50,676 nucleotides of DNA, taken from positions 1 through 50,676 of the forward strand of contig JAZRMU010000007.1 in NCBI GenBank assembly GCA_045647785.1, in the 5' to 3' direction. The notes beneath the pieces are model-generated. The model was not told the origin of the DNA. It saw nothing but the letters and a program-made list of their open reading frames with translations, and searched no databases. The stretch is from Acutalibacteraceae bacterium. GTDB taxonomy: Bacteria; Bacillota; Clostridia; Oscillospirales; Acutalibacteraceae. The position numbers and the translations under genes were made by a program. Below, piece by piece: positions 18,230 through 27,561 of this stretch; position 1 is the first letter of the stretch; each line of letters starts with the position of its first letter.

Positions 18230-19405
18230 TCACTCCTGACCGATATAGGTGAACTCTGTACCTTCTACGGCTTTGTTAACTAAATTTTCAATATCAAGAT
18301 CGCGTTCAGCCTCAATGCACTGCTCAATAGTTGGGCGTGTTTTTGGGTGGCGTGGGGTGAATACGGTGCAACAATCCTCATAGGGTTGGATGGAAATCTC
18401 GAATGTATCAATCTTTCTTGAGATTTCAACAATCTCTTCCTTGTCCATACCTATAAGCGGACGGAGCGTCGGCATATTGCAAACCGCATCGGTAACTCCG
18501 AGGGCAGGAAGGGTCTGACTTGCTACCTGACCGAGACTTTCTCCGGTTATAAGTGCCAAGCAGTTTCTTTCTCTTGCCAAACGCTCGGATATGCGCATCA
18601 TCATACGGCGCATAATTAATGTGAAATAATCTTCAGGGCATTTTTCGGCAATTTCTTGTTGAATTTCGGTAAAAGGAACAACACCCAGACGAATAATGCC
18701 GCTATAAAGTGATACCTTTTCAAGCAAATTTCTAACCTTTTGCTCGGCGCGCGGGCTGGTGTAGGGTGGGCTTGCAAAATGTATTGCATTTAGTTCAAGT
18801 CCACGCTTTGCCATCATCCAAGCAGCGACAGGACTATCAATTCCACCCGAAATTAAAATAGCTGCTCTGCCGGCAGTGCCAACGGGCAAGCCGCCTGCGC
18901 CTACTATTTGCCCTGCACGGATATATGCATTAAAATCGCGGATTTCAACATAAACGGTAACCTCCGGATTATGTACATCAACCTTCAGGTGGTGGAAGTG
19001 TTTTAATATATGTCCGCCGACCTCCATGCAAATTTCGGGAGATTTAAGCGGAAATTTTTTATCCGAACGCTTTGCTTCAACCTTAAAGGTTCTAGCACCG
19101 CGCAGCTGCTCGGAGAGATAGGGGATAGCATTATCCAAAATGCTCTGCATATCCTTCTCACAAACACAGGCTTTGGAAAAGGCGGCAATACCGAAGACCT
19201 TGCGGATTTTATCCAGTGCCTCGTCCATTGGGAAATCGTCATCAGTAGGCTCAATATAAATAGTGGATTGTGCCTTCTTGATAGTAACCTTGCCAAGAGG
19301 GGAAATGCTTTTCTTAATGTTTCTTATCAGTATATCCTCAAAATTATTGCGGTTTAGTCCTTTGAGCACTAATTCGCCGTTTTTAATCAAAATAATTTCC
19401 TTCAT
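18230..19405 (-). CDS. thiI: tRNA 4-thiouridine(8) synthase
   Basis: MKEIILIKNGELVLKG N-terminus, a THUMP region, and the PP-loop ILISGGIDSPVAAW. The ORF-track start at 19552 would overlap nifS. The ATG at 19405 lies 1 nt after the nifS stop. Confidence 0.9.
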   Translation of the reverse strand: MKEIILIKNGELVLKGLNRNNFEDILIRNIKKSISPLGKVTIKKAQSTIYIEPTDDDFPMDEALDKIRKVFGIAAFSKACVCEKDMQSILDNAIPYLSEQLRGARTFKVEAKRSDKKFPLKSPEICMEVGGHILKHFHHLKVDVHNPEVTVYVEIRDFNAYIRAGQIVGAGGLPVGTAGRAAILISGGIDSPVAAWMMAKRGLELNAIHFASPPYTSPRAEQKVRNLLEKVSLYSGIIRLGVVPFTEIQQEIAEKCPEDYFTLIMRRMMMRISERLARERNCLALITGESLGQVASQTLPALGVTDAVCNMPTLRPLIGMDKEEIVEISRKIDTFEISIQPYEDCCTVFTPRHPKTRPTIEQCIEAERDLDIENLVNKAVEGTEFTYIGQE

Positions 19406-19406
19406 T

Positions 19407-20546
19407 TTAATATGCCTTTCTGATAAATCTGCAAGCCTCGGTGATAGACGAGCACAGCGCATCGATATCACCTGTTGTGTTAAATCTGCTGAAGCTGATG
19501 CGAAGAGAACAATCAATGTCCTTATCGGTAAGCCCCACACTTTTAAGCACATAACTTTTTTTGCCTTTAGCGCAGGCGCTTCCGCTTGAAACGAAAATTC
19601 CCTTGCTATCTAAAAAATGCAGCAGCGTTTCCGATTTATATCCGCTTACTGTTATATTTAATATGTACGGCAGCGCATTTTCGCCGCTGTTTATTTTTAC
19701 AAGTCCTGTAGCTAAAAGGGCTTCCTTTGCATAATTACGGAGCTTTTGAATTTTATCATAGCTTTCTTTAATGTCGGGTAGCTCCTCCATTGCGCCCAGA
19801 AGACCGGCAATAGCGGGCAACGGGTGTGTGCCCGAGCGAACCCCGCCTTCCTGACCACCGCCGAAAATAGGGGAGGCAAGACTTGCGGAACGCTTTTTAT
19901 ATAAGAAACCGCCGCCTTTAGGACCGTGTATTTTATGTGCGCTCACACTTAAAAGGTCAATGCCTAATTTCTTTACATTTATAGGCAGCTTGCCGAAAGC
20001 CTGCACTGCATCGCAGTGGATGAGCGCGGGTGCGCCCGCCGCCTTTACAGCCTCTGCTGCGCAGGCTATAGGCTCTATAGAACCCAGTTCATTATTAACA
20101 AGCATAATGCTAACAAGAATTGTTTTATCGTTAACGGCGGAAAATATATCTTCCTTAGAAATAACACCGTTTTTATCGGGCTTTAAATAAATGACCTCAA
20201 ATCCCATTTCGGATAAGCGGTTAACCGTTTCCATAACCGAGGGGTGCTCAATTTCGGTAGTAACAATTCGGTTGCCGCGTCGCTTCTGGCGCTCGCACGC
20301 ACCGAGTATAGCGATATTATTGGCTTCAGTACCTCCAGAGGTGAAGAAAATTTCGTTTTCCTCTGCACCTATTAGCTGTGCCGCCTTTTTGCGGGCGCTG
20401 TTCAGCAGCTGCTCTGCCAAGATGCCTGCACTGTGTAGCGATGAGGGGTTGCCCCAGTTTTCCGATAAAGCGGAATTTACATATTTAATTGCAGTGTCGC
20501 AGGGCGCGGTCGTAGCGCTGTTGTCTAAATATATTGCCGAATTCAA
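19407..20546 (-). CDS. cysteine desulfurase (NifS/IscS family)
   Basis: TTG start behind AGGGGGA. SVSAHKIHGPKG carries the PLP lysine and SSGSACA the active-site Cys. Confidence 0.9.
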   Translation of the reverse strand: MNSAIYLDNSATTAPCDTAIKYVNSALSENWGNPSSLHSAGILAEQLLNSARKKAAQLIGAEENEIFFTSGGTEANNIAILGACERQKRRGNRIVTTEIEHPSVMETVNRLSEMGFEVIYLKPDKNGVISKEDIFSAVNDKTILVSIMLVNNELGSIEPIACAAEAVKAAGAPALIHCDAVQAFGKLPINVKKLGIDLLSVSAHKIHGPKGGGFLYKKRSASLASPIFGGGQEGGVRSGTHPLPAIAGLLGAMEELPDIKESYDKIQKLRNYAKEALLATGLVKINSGENALPYILNITVSGYKSETLLHFLDSKGIFVSSGSACAKGKKSYVLKSVGLTDKDIDCSLRISFSRFNTTGDIDALCSSITEACRFIRKAY

Positions 20547-20675
20547 AGCTTATCCCCCTATTCTATCAATCTATTATACTATATATTGTCGGTTAACACA
20601 ACATTAATTTTATATATTTCTAAATTATATATAGGAAGTTTTTGGGTAACATAGGGGATGAGAGGCTGTGATAAT

Positions 20676-22004
20676 ATGAAAAAAAGAACATTGGTAAAAA
20701 TTATTTCCTATTTACTTGCGATTTTATTAGTGGTTTCGGTGCTTTGCATTAAATACTATAAGCACTCGCAGCGCTTTAAAACCGAAATTCGCTATACCTA
20801 TTCGCGGTCTATAGAGGAGTTGAATTCAAGCCTTAATAAAATATCGGTAGCACTGGGTAAGATGCCTTATGTATGGAATCCTGCGCAGTTGTCCCAAATA
20901 GCAACCGATATTTATACCGAATCTAAAATCGCCAAGCAGGCATTTGCGCAGCTACCAACAGGCGAAGCGTCCTATGATAATGTGAATAAGTTTCTTTCGC
21001 AAGTAGGAAATTTCACGGTATATTTGGCACAAAAGGCTATTGACGGCGGCGAAATCAACGAAACCGAAAAAAATAATATTGAAACGCTAACATCTATGGC
21101 GCAGGGGCTGTCTGCCGGCTTCGCTGAAATGCAGGTTGAGATTGACACAACAGGATATTGGTCAGATGCTATTACAGGCAGCATAGAGCAAACAATAGGG
21201 GACAATGCCTTTACAGAGTCGCTTAATATATTAGAGGATTCGATAATTGATTATCCAACCCTTTTGTATGACGGACCATATTCGGATTATGTATCGGTTA
21301 ATAATGCATATTTAATAGAGAACGCCGAAGCGGTGGATGAACAGACCGCTAAAACCGTGGCAGCGAATGCGCTCGGCATATCGGCTGAAGAAATAATGCT
21401 CGATAATTATGACAGCGGTAAAATTCCCGCATTTAATTTTGTATACGGTGAGGGTGCAGCGACGGTTAGCATAAACGGTGGCTATTTAATCAGCTTCCGC
21501 AAGTATAATGTCGGCGAGCAGGCAAAGCTATCGTATAATCAAGCAAAGAAAAAGGCAGAGGAGTTTATAGGAAAAACCTTTGGAGAAAGCTTTTTAGCCA
21601 ATTACTATTTCACCGACAACGGAGTTTGTGTCGTTAACTTTGCACTGGTGTCTGGTGGTGTTATTTGCTATACAGACCTTGTAAAAGTAGGAGTGGATAT
21701 GTCAAACGGAGATGTGGTATTTTTTGACGCGAGAGGCTATATAACTAATAATAAGCCCCGAGAAATGAAAACACCTAAATTTACAGTGGAAGAGGCGCAA
21801 AATGTCCTTAAGGATAATTTGAACATTAAAAGCAAGGCGCTTTGTTTAATACCAACCGAGGGTGGCTACGAAAAGCTTTGTTATGAGTTTTTATGTAAAA
21901 CGAAGGAAAATCGCGAAATTCTTGTGTATATTGGTGCAGAAACGCTGCGTCAAGAGGATGTTTTTTTGGTTTTTCAGACGAATGGCGGAACTCTTACAAA
22001 ATAA
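20676..22004 (+). CDS. ypeB: germination protein YpeB-like (N-terminal TM, PepSY-type C-terminal repeats)
   Basis: Size (~440 aa), an N-terminal anchor (LVKIISYLLAILLVVSVLCI) and overall resemblance to YpeB. No adjacent sleB. Confidence 0.7.
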   Translation: MKKRTLVKIISYLLAILLVVSVLCIKYYKHSQRFKTEIRYTYSRSIEELNSSLNKISVALGKMPYVWNPAQLSQIATDIYTESKIAKQAFAQLPTGEASYDNVNKFLSQVGNFTVYLAQKAIDGGEINETEKNNIETLTSMAQGLSAGFAEMQVEIDTTGYWSDAITGSIEQTIGDNAFTESLNILEDSIIDYPTLLYDGPYSDYVSVNNAYLIENAEAVDEQTAKTVAANALGISAEEIMLDNYDSGKIPAFNFVYGEGAATVSINGGYLISFRKYNVGEQAKLSYNQAKKKAEEFIGKTFGESFLANYYFTDNGVCVVNFALVSGGVICYTDLVKVGVDMSNGDVVFFDARGYITNNKPREMKTPKFTVEEAQNVLKDNLNIKSKALCLIPTEGGYEKLCYEFLCKTKENREILVYIGAETLRQEDVFLVFQTNGGTLTK

Positions 22005-22007
22005 TAC

Positions 22008-22036
22008 TTGATTTTTTTAAAAAAGTGTGGTATTAT
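22008..22036 (+). promoter_or_regulatory. sigma-A type promoter for rplS
   Basis: TTGATT (22008-22013), a 17-nt spacer ending in GTGTGG, then TATTAT (22031-22036). Confidence 0.6.
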
Positions 22037-22042
22037 ACTCTA

Positions 22043-22150
22043 GCATTTGATTTCACTTGGTCCTTACAAGTGGGTTTAATGCCGAAAAATTCGACATTGA
22101 AGCGGATGGTCCTCTGCGAATAATCGTAAGAACATCTGAAAAATCTTAAG
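22043..22150 (+). promoter_or_regulatory. structured 5' UTR of rplS, candidate L19 ribosomal-protein leader
   Basis: About 120 nt separate the predicted promoter from the SD. There is a hairpin CACTTG(22054-22059)/CAAGTG(22067-22072), and the motif TGGTCCT occurs twice (22058-22064 and 22107-22113). An L19 leader family is known in Firmicutes, but I have not checked this region against a model. Confidence 0.4.
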
Positions 22151-22162
22151 GAGGAAAAAAGA

Positions 22163-22507
22163 ATGGATGCTTTAAAGAATTTAACTGCAGGAATGCTTAA
22201 AGAGGATGCTCCCGTAATTAAGATTGGTAGCACAGTTCGCGTTCATGTAAAAATTCGCGAAGGCGAGAGAGAAAGAATTCAGATTTTTGAGGGCACAGTT
22301 ATTGCACGCAACAACAGCGGCATTGCTGAAACCTTTACTGTAAGAAGACTTTCTTATGGTGTTGGCGTGGAAAGAGTTTTCCCCGTTCACTCTCCGAATG
22401 TAGCTAAAGTAGAGCTCGTGAGAAACGGTAAAATCCGCAGAGCAAAGCTTTATTATCTTCGCGACAGAGTTGGTAAGGCAGCAAAAGTTAAAGAGCTTAT
22501 CGGCTAA
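22163..22507 (+). CDS. rplS: 50S ribosomal protein L19
   Basis: [41 protein letters not shown]... is canonical L19. An AAGGAGG SD is present. Confidence 0.95.
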   Translation: MDALKNLTAGMLKEDAPVIKIGSTVRVHVKIREGERERIQIFEGTVIARNNSGIAETFTVRRLSYGVGVERVFPVHSPNVAKVELVRNGKIRRAKLYYLRDRVGKAAKVKELIG

Positions 22508-22513
22508 TGAACT

Positions 22514-22550
22514 AAAGGGGACTTTTAATGGTCCCCTTTTTTGCTTTTTT
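22514..22550 (+). terminator. rho-independent terminator after rplS
   Basis: AAAGGGGAC pairs with GTCCCCTTT, followed by TTTGCTTTTTT. It lies inside the ORF-track extension of lepB. Confidence 0.85.
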
Positions 22551-22566
22551 GAAAGGTGGGTATTTA

Positions 22567-23178
22567 GTGGAAGATTTCTTTGAAAACAGCGAAAAACAGT
22601 TGGTAAAGTCCAAAACCTCAAAAGGGAAATTAGAGGTTTTTGATTGGCTTGAAATCATTGTTGCCAGCGTTATCATTGTAACTGTTTTGTTTACCTTTGT
22701 ATTCAAGGTTGTTACCATAAGCGGCAACTCGATGCTTAATACCCTGCATAGCGGCGAGCGCATAATTATTTCAAAATTGTTCTACACACCTGAACGCGGT
22801 GATATTGTAGTTATCTCGCGCAATACAGATAACAGCCCTGATTATTCAAGTAGAGAAACCTGTATTGTAAAGAGGATTATCGCAACCGAAGGTCAGGTTG
22901 TTGATATTGATTTTTCGCTAGGTATAGTTAGTGTAGACGGTGTTCCGCTCGACGAGCCTTATACCTACACTCCCACTAATACAAGGGGAGATGTTATATT
23001 CCCTGTAACCGTACCGGAGGGGCATGTCTTTGTTTTAGGCGATAATCGAAATGTTTCGGCAGATAGCCGTAAATCGACTCTTGGAAATAATGGCATGGTG
23101 GACGAAAGAAATATTTTAGGCAGAGCGCTGTTGCGATTCCTGCCGTTCAGCCGTTTTGGAGTGCTGGTAGATGAATAA
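22567..23178 (+). CDS. lepB: signal peptidase I
   Basis: GTG start behind GAAAGGTGGG. One TM segment, then ISGNSMLNTL (catalytic Ser), VKRIIA (Lys) and VLGDNRNVSADSR. Confidence 0.85.
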   Translation: MEDFFENSEKQLVKSKTSKGKLEVFDWLEIIVASVIIVTVLFTFVFKVVTISGNSMLNTLHSGERIIISKLFYTPERGDIVVISRNTDNSPDYSSRETCIVKRIIATEGQVVDIDFSLGIVSVDGVPLDEPYTYTPTNTRGDVIFPVTVPEGHVFVLGDNRNVSADSRKSTLGNNGMVDERNILGRALLRFLPFSRFGVLVDE

Positions 23179-24040
23179 TAAAAATTCTGAAAATTCGCAA
23201 TATATTCAATGGTTTCCCGGACATATGACTAAAACGCGTCGCAAAATCGCCGAGATTTTGCCGCTTATTGATGCTGTTGCCGAGGTTGTTGATGCGAGAA
23301 TCCCTATAAGCAGCAGTAACCCTGATTTGCTCGATATAATCGGAGATAAGCCGCGTATTGTTCTGCTTAATAAGTGTGATATGGCAGATCCCGCAATAAC
23401 AGAGGAATGGATCGCATATTATAAAACTCTAGGCTGTGCTGCCATTGGAATCGACTGTAAAAACGGCAGAGGAATTGATAAATTCAAGTCCGCCGTTAAG
23501 CAGAAGCTGTCCGCAAGGCTTGAGCAGTACCGCGCTAAAGGAATGGTCGGTAAACCGCTTCGCGTAATGGTTGTTGGTATACCAAATGTCGGTAAATCCT
23601 CGTTTATTAACCGCATAGCGGGCAACTCGCGCGCCAAGGTAGAAAACCGCCCTGGCGTTACAAGGGGTAATCAGTGGTTTACTATCGATAAGGAGCTGGA
23701 GCTCCTTGATACCCCCGGCGTTTTATGGCCTAAATTTGAGGATACAACGGTTGGCGAGCGCTTGGCTTTCACTGGTGCCGTTAAGGATAAGGTAGTTGAT
23801 GTTGAACTGCTTGCTATCCGTCTTATCGAAATATTGTCCGAGCAGTACCGTGAGTTATTAATCGGTCGCTATGGTGAGCTTAATTTTGATAATGAGCCGT
23901 ACGAAATTTTAACTCAAATCGGCAAGAAACGCGGTATGGTTATTCGCGGTGGCGAGGTTGATACCTTGCGCGCTGCTAATATGCTGCTTGAGGAGTTCAG
24001 AAACTGCAAAATAGGAAAAATCACTTTGGAGAGAGCATAA
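23171..24040 (+). CDS. rbgA: ribosome biogenesis GTPase YlqF/RbgA
   Basis: QWFPGHMTK and [11 protein letters not shown]. The circularly permuted GTPase motifs are LNKCD and GIPNVGKSS. Confidence 0.9.
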   Translation: MNNKNSENSQYIQWFPGHMTKTRRKIAEILPLIDAVAEVVDARIPISSSNPDLLDIIGDKPRIVLLNKCDMADPAITEEWIAYYKTLGCAAIGIDCKNGRGIDKFKSAVKQKLSARLEQYRAKGMVGKPLRVMVVGIPNVGKSSFINRIAGNSRAKVENRPGVTRGNQWFTIDKELELLDTPGVLWPKFEDTTVGERLAFTGAVKDKVVDVELLAIRLIEILSEQYRELLIGRYGELNFDNEPYEILTQIGKKRGMVIRGGEVDTLRAANMLLEEFRNCKIGKITLERA

Positions 24041-24636
24041 TGCCTGATTATACTATTGAAAAAGATATTGCTGCAAAGGGCTTTAGCGCCGTTTGCGGAG
24101 TTGATGAAGCGGGACGAGGACCGCTTGCAGGTCCTGTATGTGCTGCCGCAGTAATATTAAAGCCCGATACAGAAATCGAAGGGCTTAATGATTCCAAAAA
24201 ATTAAGCGAGAAAAAACGCGAGCAATTATTTAGCGTTATAACCGAAAAGGCGGTAGCGTATTCGGTTGCCTTTGCATCCGTAGAGGAGATTGAGGAACTT
24301 AATATCCTTGGCGCTACATTTTTGGCAATGCGCCGCGCCGTTGAGCAGCTGCCTAAGTCTGCCGATTTCGCGATTATCGACGGCAATCGCGATCCCAAGC
24401 TTGCTATTCCCGCTATGACTGTTATAAAGGGCGACTCTAAATCAATGTCGGTCGCAGCCGCTTCCATTCTTGCAAAGGTAACAAGGGACAGGCTGCTGCT
24501 TGAATACGATAAAAAGTATCCCGAATATGGCTTCGCCGCGCATAAAGGCTATGGAACAAAGGCTCATTATGAGGCGATTGCGGAACACGGCATAACCGAA
24601 ATTCACCGCAAATCATTTCTTAAGAATGTGCTATGA
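24040..24636 (+). CDS. rnhB: ribonuclease HII
   Basis: [14 protein letters not shown] and IIDGN motifs. The start overlaps the rbgA stop. Confidence 0.9.
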   Translation: MPDYTIEKDIAAKGFSAVCGVDEAGRGPLAGPVCAAAVILKPDTEIEGLNDSKKLSEKKREQLFSVITEKAVAYSVAFASVEEIEELNILGATFLAMRRAVEQLPKSADFAIIDGNRDPKLAIPAMTVIKGDSKSMSVAAASILAKVTRDRLLLEYDKKYPEYGFAAHKGYGTKAHYEAIAEHGITEIHRKSFLKNVL

Positions 24637-25010
24637 TGGATAAAAAAGAGAGTGGCAAAAAAGCCGAGCAGTTAGTTGCTGATTTTTTAAGAGAAAAGGG
24701 CTACATAATTGCTAAAATGAATTATCATAGTCGATTCGGTGAAATCGATATTATAGCCGAGAATAAAAAATATGTCTGCTTCGTAGAGGTTAAGATGCGT
24801 AGTGAAAACGCTATTTTCACCCCTGCCGAGGCGGTGGATTACCGTAAGCAGCAAAAAATCATTTTAACTGCAAAAAACTTTTTAGCTAAAAGCAATATCC
24901 CCGAACTGCAACCGAGGTTTGATGTAGCGGAGGTTTACCGATATACCGATGAAGCGGGGATAAAAAAGCTAAAATTACATTATATTAAAAATGCTTTCAA
25001 TGCTATTTAA
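24633..25010 (+). CDS. YraN family (UPF0102) endonuclease-like protein
   Basis: [33 protein letters not shown] motifs. It has an ATGA overlap with rnhB. Confidence 0.85.
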   Translation: MMDKKESGKKAEQLVADFLREKGYIIAKMNYHSRFGEIDIIAENKKYVCFVEVKMRSENAIFTPAEAVDYRKQQKIILTAKNFLAKSNIPELQPRFDVAEVYRYTDEAGIKKLKLHYIKNAFNAI

Positions 25011-25022
25011 AGGGGCGATTTT

Positions 25023-26504
25023 ATGAACTATATCAGTACAAGAAACAATAAATTAACCGCTACTGCCGCCGAGGCTATCGCAAACGGCATTTCTAAAGAG
25101 GGTGGACTTTTTGTTCCCGAAACAATTCCGTCCTTAACAGAAAGCGATTTTGAAAGTCTTAAGGCACTGGATTATAAGGGCAGAGCAAAATATATTCTCA
25201 AAAATTTCTTAACCGATTTTTCGGGAGATGAAATATCCTACTGTGTAGATGGCGCATATACAGGCAGCTTTCAGAACGAAGAGCCAGCACCTATTGCGCG
25301 CCTTGGCAGCAATATAAATATGCTTGAGCTTTGGCATGGTCCCACCTGCGCTTTTAAGGATTTAGCGCTGCAGCTGCTGCCTTATCTTTTAACAACTGCC
25401 GCAAAAAAGGTGAATTCGGGTAAAGAAACTGTAATTCTCGTTGCTACAAGCGGCGATACAGGCAAGGCGGCTCTTGAGGGCTTTGCCGATGTTGAGAACA
25501 CAAAGATAATAGTTTTCTATCCGTGCGACGGTGTAAGCCCGATGCAAAAGCTTCAAATGGATACACAAAAGGGTGAAAACGTTTTTGTTTGCTCGATTAA
25601 TGGCAATTTCGACGATGCCCAGACAGGTGTTAAAAAGATTTTCACAAACGGTGAAATTATCGAAAAGCTTGAGGGCGCAGGAAAACTGTTTTCCAGTGCT
25701 AACTCAATAAACTGGGGCAGACTTGTTCCGCAGATTATCTACTATGTATCGGCTTATTGCGATTTGCTCAAAGAGGGCGGAGCTGTGGATGGCTTTAATG
25801 TAGTAGTACCAACAGGTAACTTCGGTAATATTCTTGCCGCATATTACGCAAAGGTTATGGGTGTGCCGATAAAGAAGCTGGTTTGCGCATCTAATGCAAA
25901 CAATGTTTTAACCGATTTTATTGAAACCGGTGTTTACGACCGAAACAGACGGTTCTTCACCACAATTTCACCTTCTATGGATATTCTCATTTCCAGCAAC
26001 CTTGAAAGAATGCTGTTTGAGCTTTCCGGACACGATAGTGATAAAATAGCGGCACTTCAGGAAAATCTTGCCAAGACCGGCTCTTTCAAAATTGATGCCG
26101 AGATGGCGGCTAAAGTTAAAGATATTTTCTATGGTGGCTGCTGTGATGATGATAGAACAAAGGCTACCATTAAAAAGGTGTTTGAGGAGTATGGCTACCT
26201 TGCCGATACCCACACCGCAGTCGCGCTGGCTGTATACGAGGATTATGTAGCGGCAACGGGCGATAATACTCCTGTTGTAATCGCCTCAACTGCATCACCC
26301 TATAAGTTCGCTAAGAGTGTTTATTCGGCTATAGGCGGAGAGGTTACCGATGATGAGTTCAAGGTGTTGAACGATTTGTCTGCTGCAACAAAGACCGAAA
26401 TCCCCGAGCCCATCAAGGCGCTTGAAAACGCTGCGGTTCGCTTTAGCAATGTGTGTGAAAGCGAGCAAATGCCAGAAGTTGTTTTAGAATATTTAGGTCT
26501 ATAA
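25023..26504 (+). CDS. thrC: threonine synthase (long form)
   Basis: MNYISTRN, the PLP lysine context GPTCAFKDLALQ, and SGDTGKAA. Confidence 0.9.
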   Translation: MNYISTRNNKLTATAAEAIANGISKEGGLFVPETIPSLTESDFESLKALDYKGRAKYILKNFLTDFSGDEISYCVDGAYTGSFQNEEPAPIARLGSNINMLELWHGPTCAFKDLALQLLPYLLTTAAKKVNSGKETVILVATSGDTGKAALEGFADVENTKIIVFYPCDGVSPMQKLQMDTQKGENVFVCSINGNFDDAQTGVKKIFTNGEIIEKLEGAGKLFSSANSINWGRLVPQIIYYVSAYCDLLKEGGAVDGFNVVVPTGNFGNILAAYYAKVMGVPIKKLVCASNANNVLTDFIETGVYDRNRRFFTTISPSMDILISSNLERMLFELSGHDSDKIAALQENLAKTGSFKIDAEMAAKVKDIFYGGCCDDDRTKATIKKVFEEYGYLADTHTAVALAVYEDYVAATGDNTPVVIASTASPYKFAKSVYSAIGGEVTDDEFKVLNDLSAATKTEIPEPIKALENAAVRFSNVCESEQMPEVVLEYLGL

Positions 26505-26536
26505 AAAATTACCCGACTGTTCAGTCGGGTAATTTA
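26505..26536. terminator. bidirectional terminator (thrC / small Cys-rich gene)
   Basis: AATTACCCGACT pairs with AGTCGGGTAATT across a GTTC loop, with A/T-rich flanks. Confidence 0.85.
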
Positions 26537-26539
26537 CAG

Positions 26540-26701
26540 TTAGTTCTTCGCGCGGAAGGTGTTGCAGCAGGTGTCTGTGCAGTCGCAGGCGGTGCAGCCG
26601 CCAACACTGATTTTGTTAGCTGTGCAGCTGTCATCCTTTGCGTGGTATTCGCAGGTTTCAACATGGCATACAATGCCATTAATTTTATTTTTGTTTTCCA
26701 T
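26540..26701 (-). CDS. small Cys-rich protein, DUF1540-like (53 aa); absent from the ORF track
   Basis: My own translation is MENKNKINGIVCHVETCEYHAKDDSCTANKISVGGCTACDCTDTCCNTFRAKN. An AAAGGA SD lies upstream and the shared terminator downstream. C-x-V-x-x-C-x-(Y/H)H and TCCxTF resemble DUF1540. Confidence 0.6.
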   Translation of the reverse strand: MENKNKINGIVCHVETCEYHAKDDSCTANKISVGGCTACDCTDTCCNTFRAKN

Positions 26702-26788
26702 TTTTAAAGTTCCTTTCTTGTTATATTACCGTTTCGGCCTTATTATTATTTGCGGTATAAAAAATTATATTCAGTGGGGTGAAGAGTT

Positions 26789-27472
26789 TTGTCGCTGTAT
26801 ACTATTTCCGATTTGCATTTATCATTCGGTTCTGATAAGCCAATGGATATTTTTCACGGTTGGGATAATCATACCGACAGAATTGTTGCTGCTTGGAACA
26901 GGGTGGTAGCGGAGAATGACACAGTAATTCTTCCCGGCGACCTTTCTTGGGCGCTAAAACTGGAGGATACTTTACCAGATTTTTTATTTTTGGAAAAACT
27001 TAACGGTATCAAAATTATTGGTAAAGGGAATCACGATTTATGGTGGAGTACCCGTAAGAAAATCGAGGAATTTTTTGAAAAAAATTCAATAAAAACCGTA
27101 AAATTGCTTTTTAATAACGCCTACCGTGTAGACGGCGTTGCGGTTTGCGGCACTCGTGGCTGGTTCTACGACGCCAAAGAAACCGATAAAAAGGTAGTGC
27201 TTCGCGAGGCGGGCAGACTTGAGACTTCTATAAAGGCAGCTCTCGAGCTCGGCGGAGAGCCGATAGTGTTTTTGCATTATCCGCCCGTTTATGGCGATAT
27301 GGTGTGTGATGAGATTTTCGAGGTTCTCAAAAAATATGATATAAAAACCGTTTATCACGGGCATATTCACGGTGCGGGACTTAATAAGTCAGTATCGGAA
27401 TATGGCGGCATTTCTCTAAAATTAGTATCCTGCGATTGTGTCGGTTTTACACCGATACGCGTGAAAAAATAA
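26789..27472 (+). CDS. metallophosphoesterase family protein
   Basis: TTG start behind GGGGTGAAG. ISDLHLSF, PGDLSW, GNHDLWW and HGHIHG motifs. Confidence 0.75.
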   Translation: MSLYTISDLHLSFGSDKPMDIFHGWDNHTDRIVAAWNRVVAENDTVILPGDLSWALKLEDTLPDFLFLEKLNGIKIIGKGNHDLWWSTRKKIEEFFEKNSIKTVKLLFNNAYRVDGVAVCGTRGWFYDAKETDKKVVLREAGRLETSIKAALELGGEPIVFLHYPPVYGDMVCDEIFEVLKKYDIKTVYHGHIHGAGLNKSVSEYGGISLKLVSCDCVGFTPIRVKK

Positions 27473-27498
27473 TTTTTGAAAATTTTTGCAAAAAATGG

Positions 27499-27527
27499 TA
27501 GAAATATTATAAAAACTGTGGTATAGT
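27499..27527 (+). promoter_or_regulatory. candidate promoter for tig (extended -10)
   Basis: CTGTGGTATAGT is a TRTGn TATAGT element, with the -10 at 27522-27527. The -35 is weak (TAGAAA, 17 nt upstream). Confidence 0.45.
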
Positions 27528-27561
27528 ATTATGAGATAAAAAATCTACGGAGGTTTTATAA

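Noticed and set aside
19406-19552. N-terminal 49-codon extension of thiI in the ORF track
   Set aside because: It would overlap the 3' end of nifS. The conserved ThiI N-terminus (MKEIILIKNGELVLKG) starts at the ATG at 19405, 1 nt after the nifS stop.
22528-22566. Upstream extension of lepB
   Set aside because: It runs through the rplS terminator hairpin. The GTG at 22567 has a well-spaced GAAAGGTGGG SD.
26559-26909. 116-aa plus-strand ORF from the track
   Set aside because: It is antisense to the SD- and terminator-flanked DUF1540-like ORF, and it overlaps the metallophosphoesterase start. It has no SD, and its composition is hydrophobic and repetitive, as expected of an antisense shadow.
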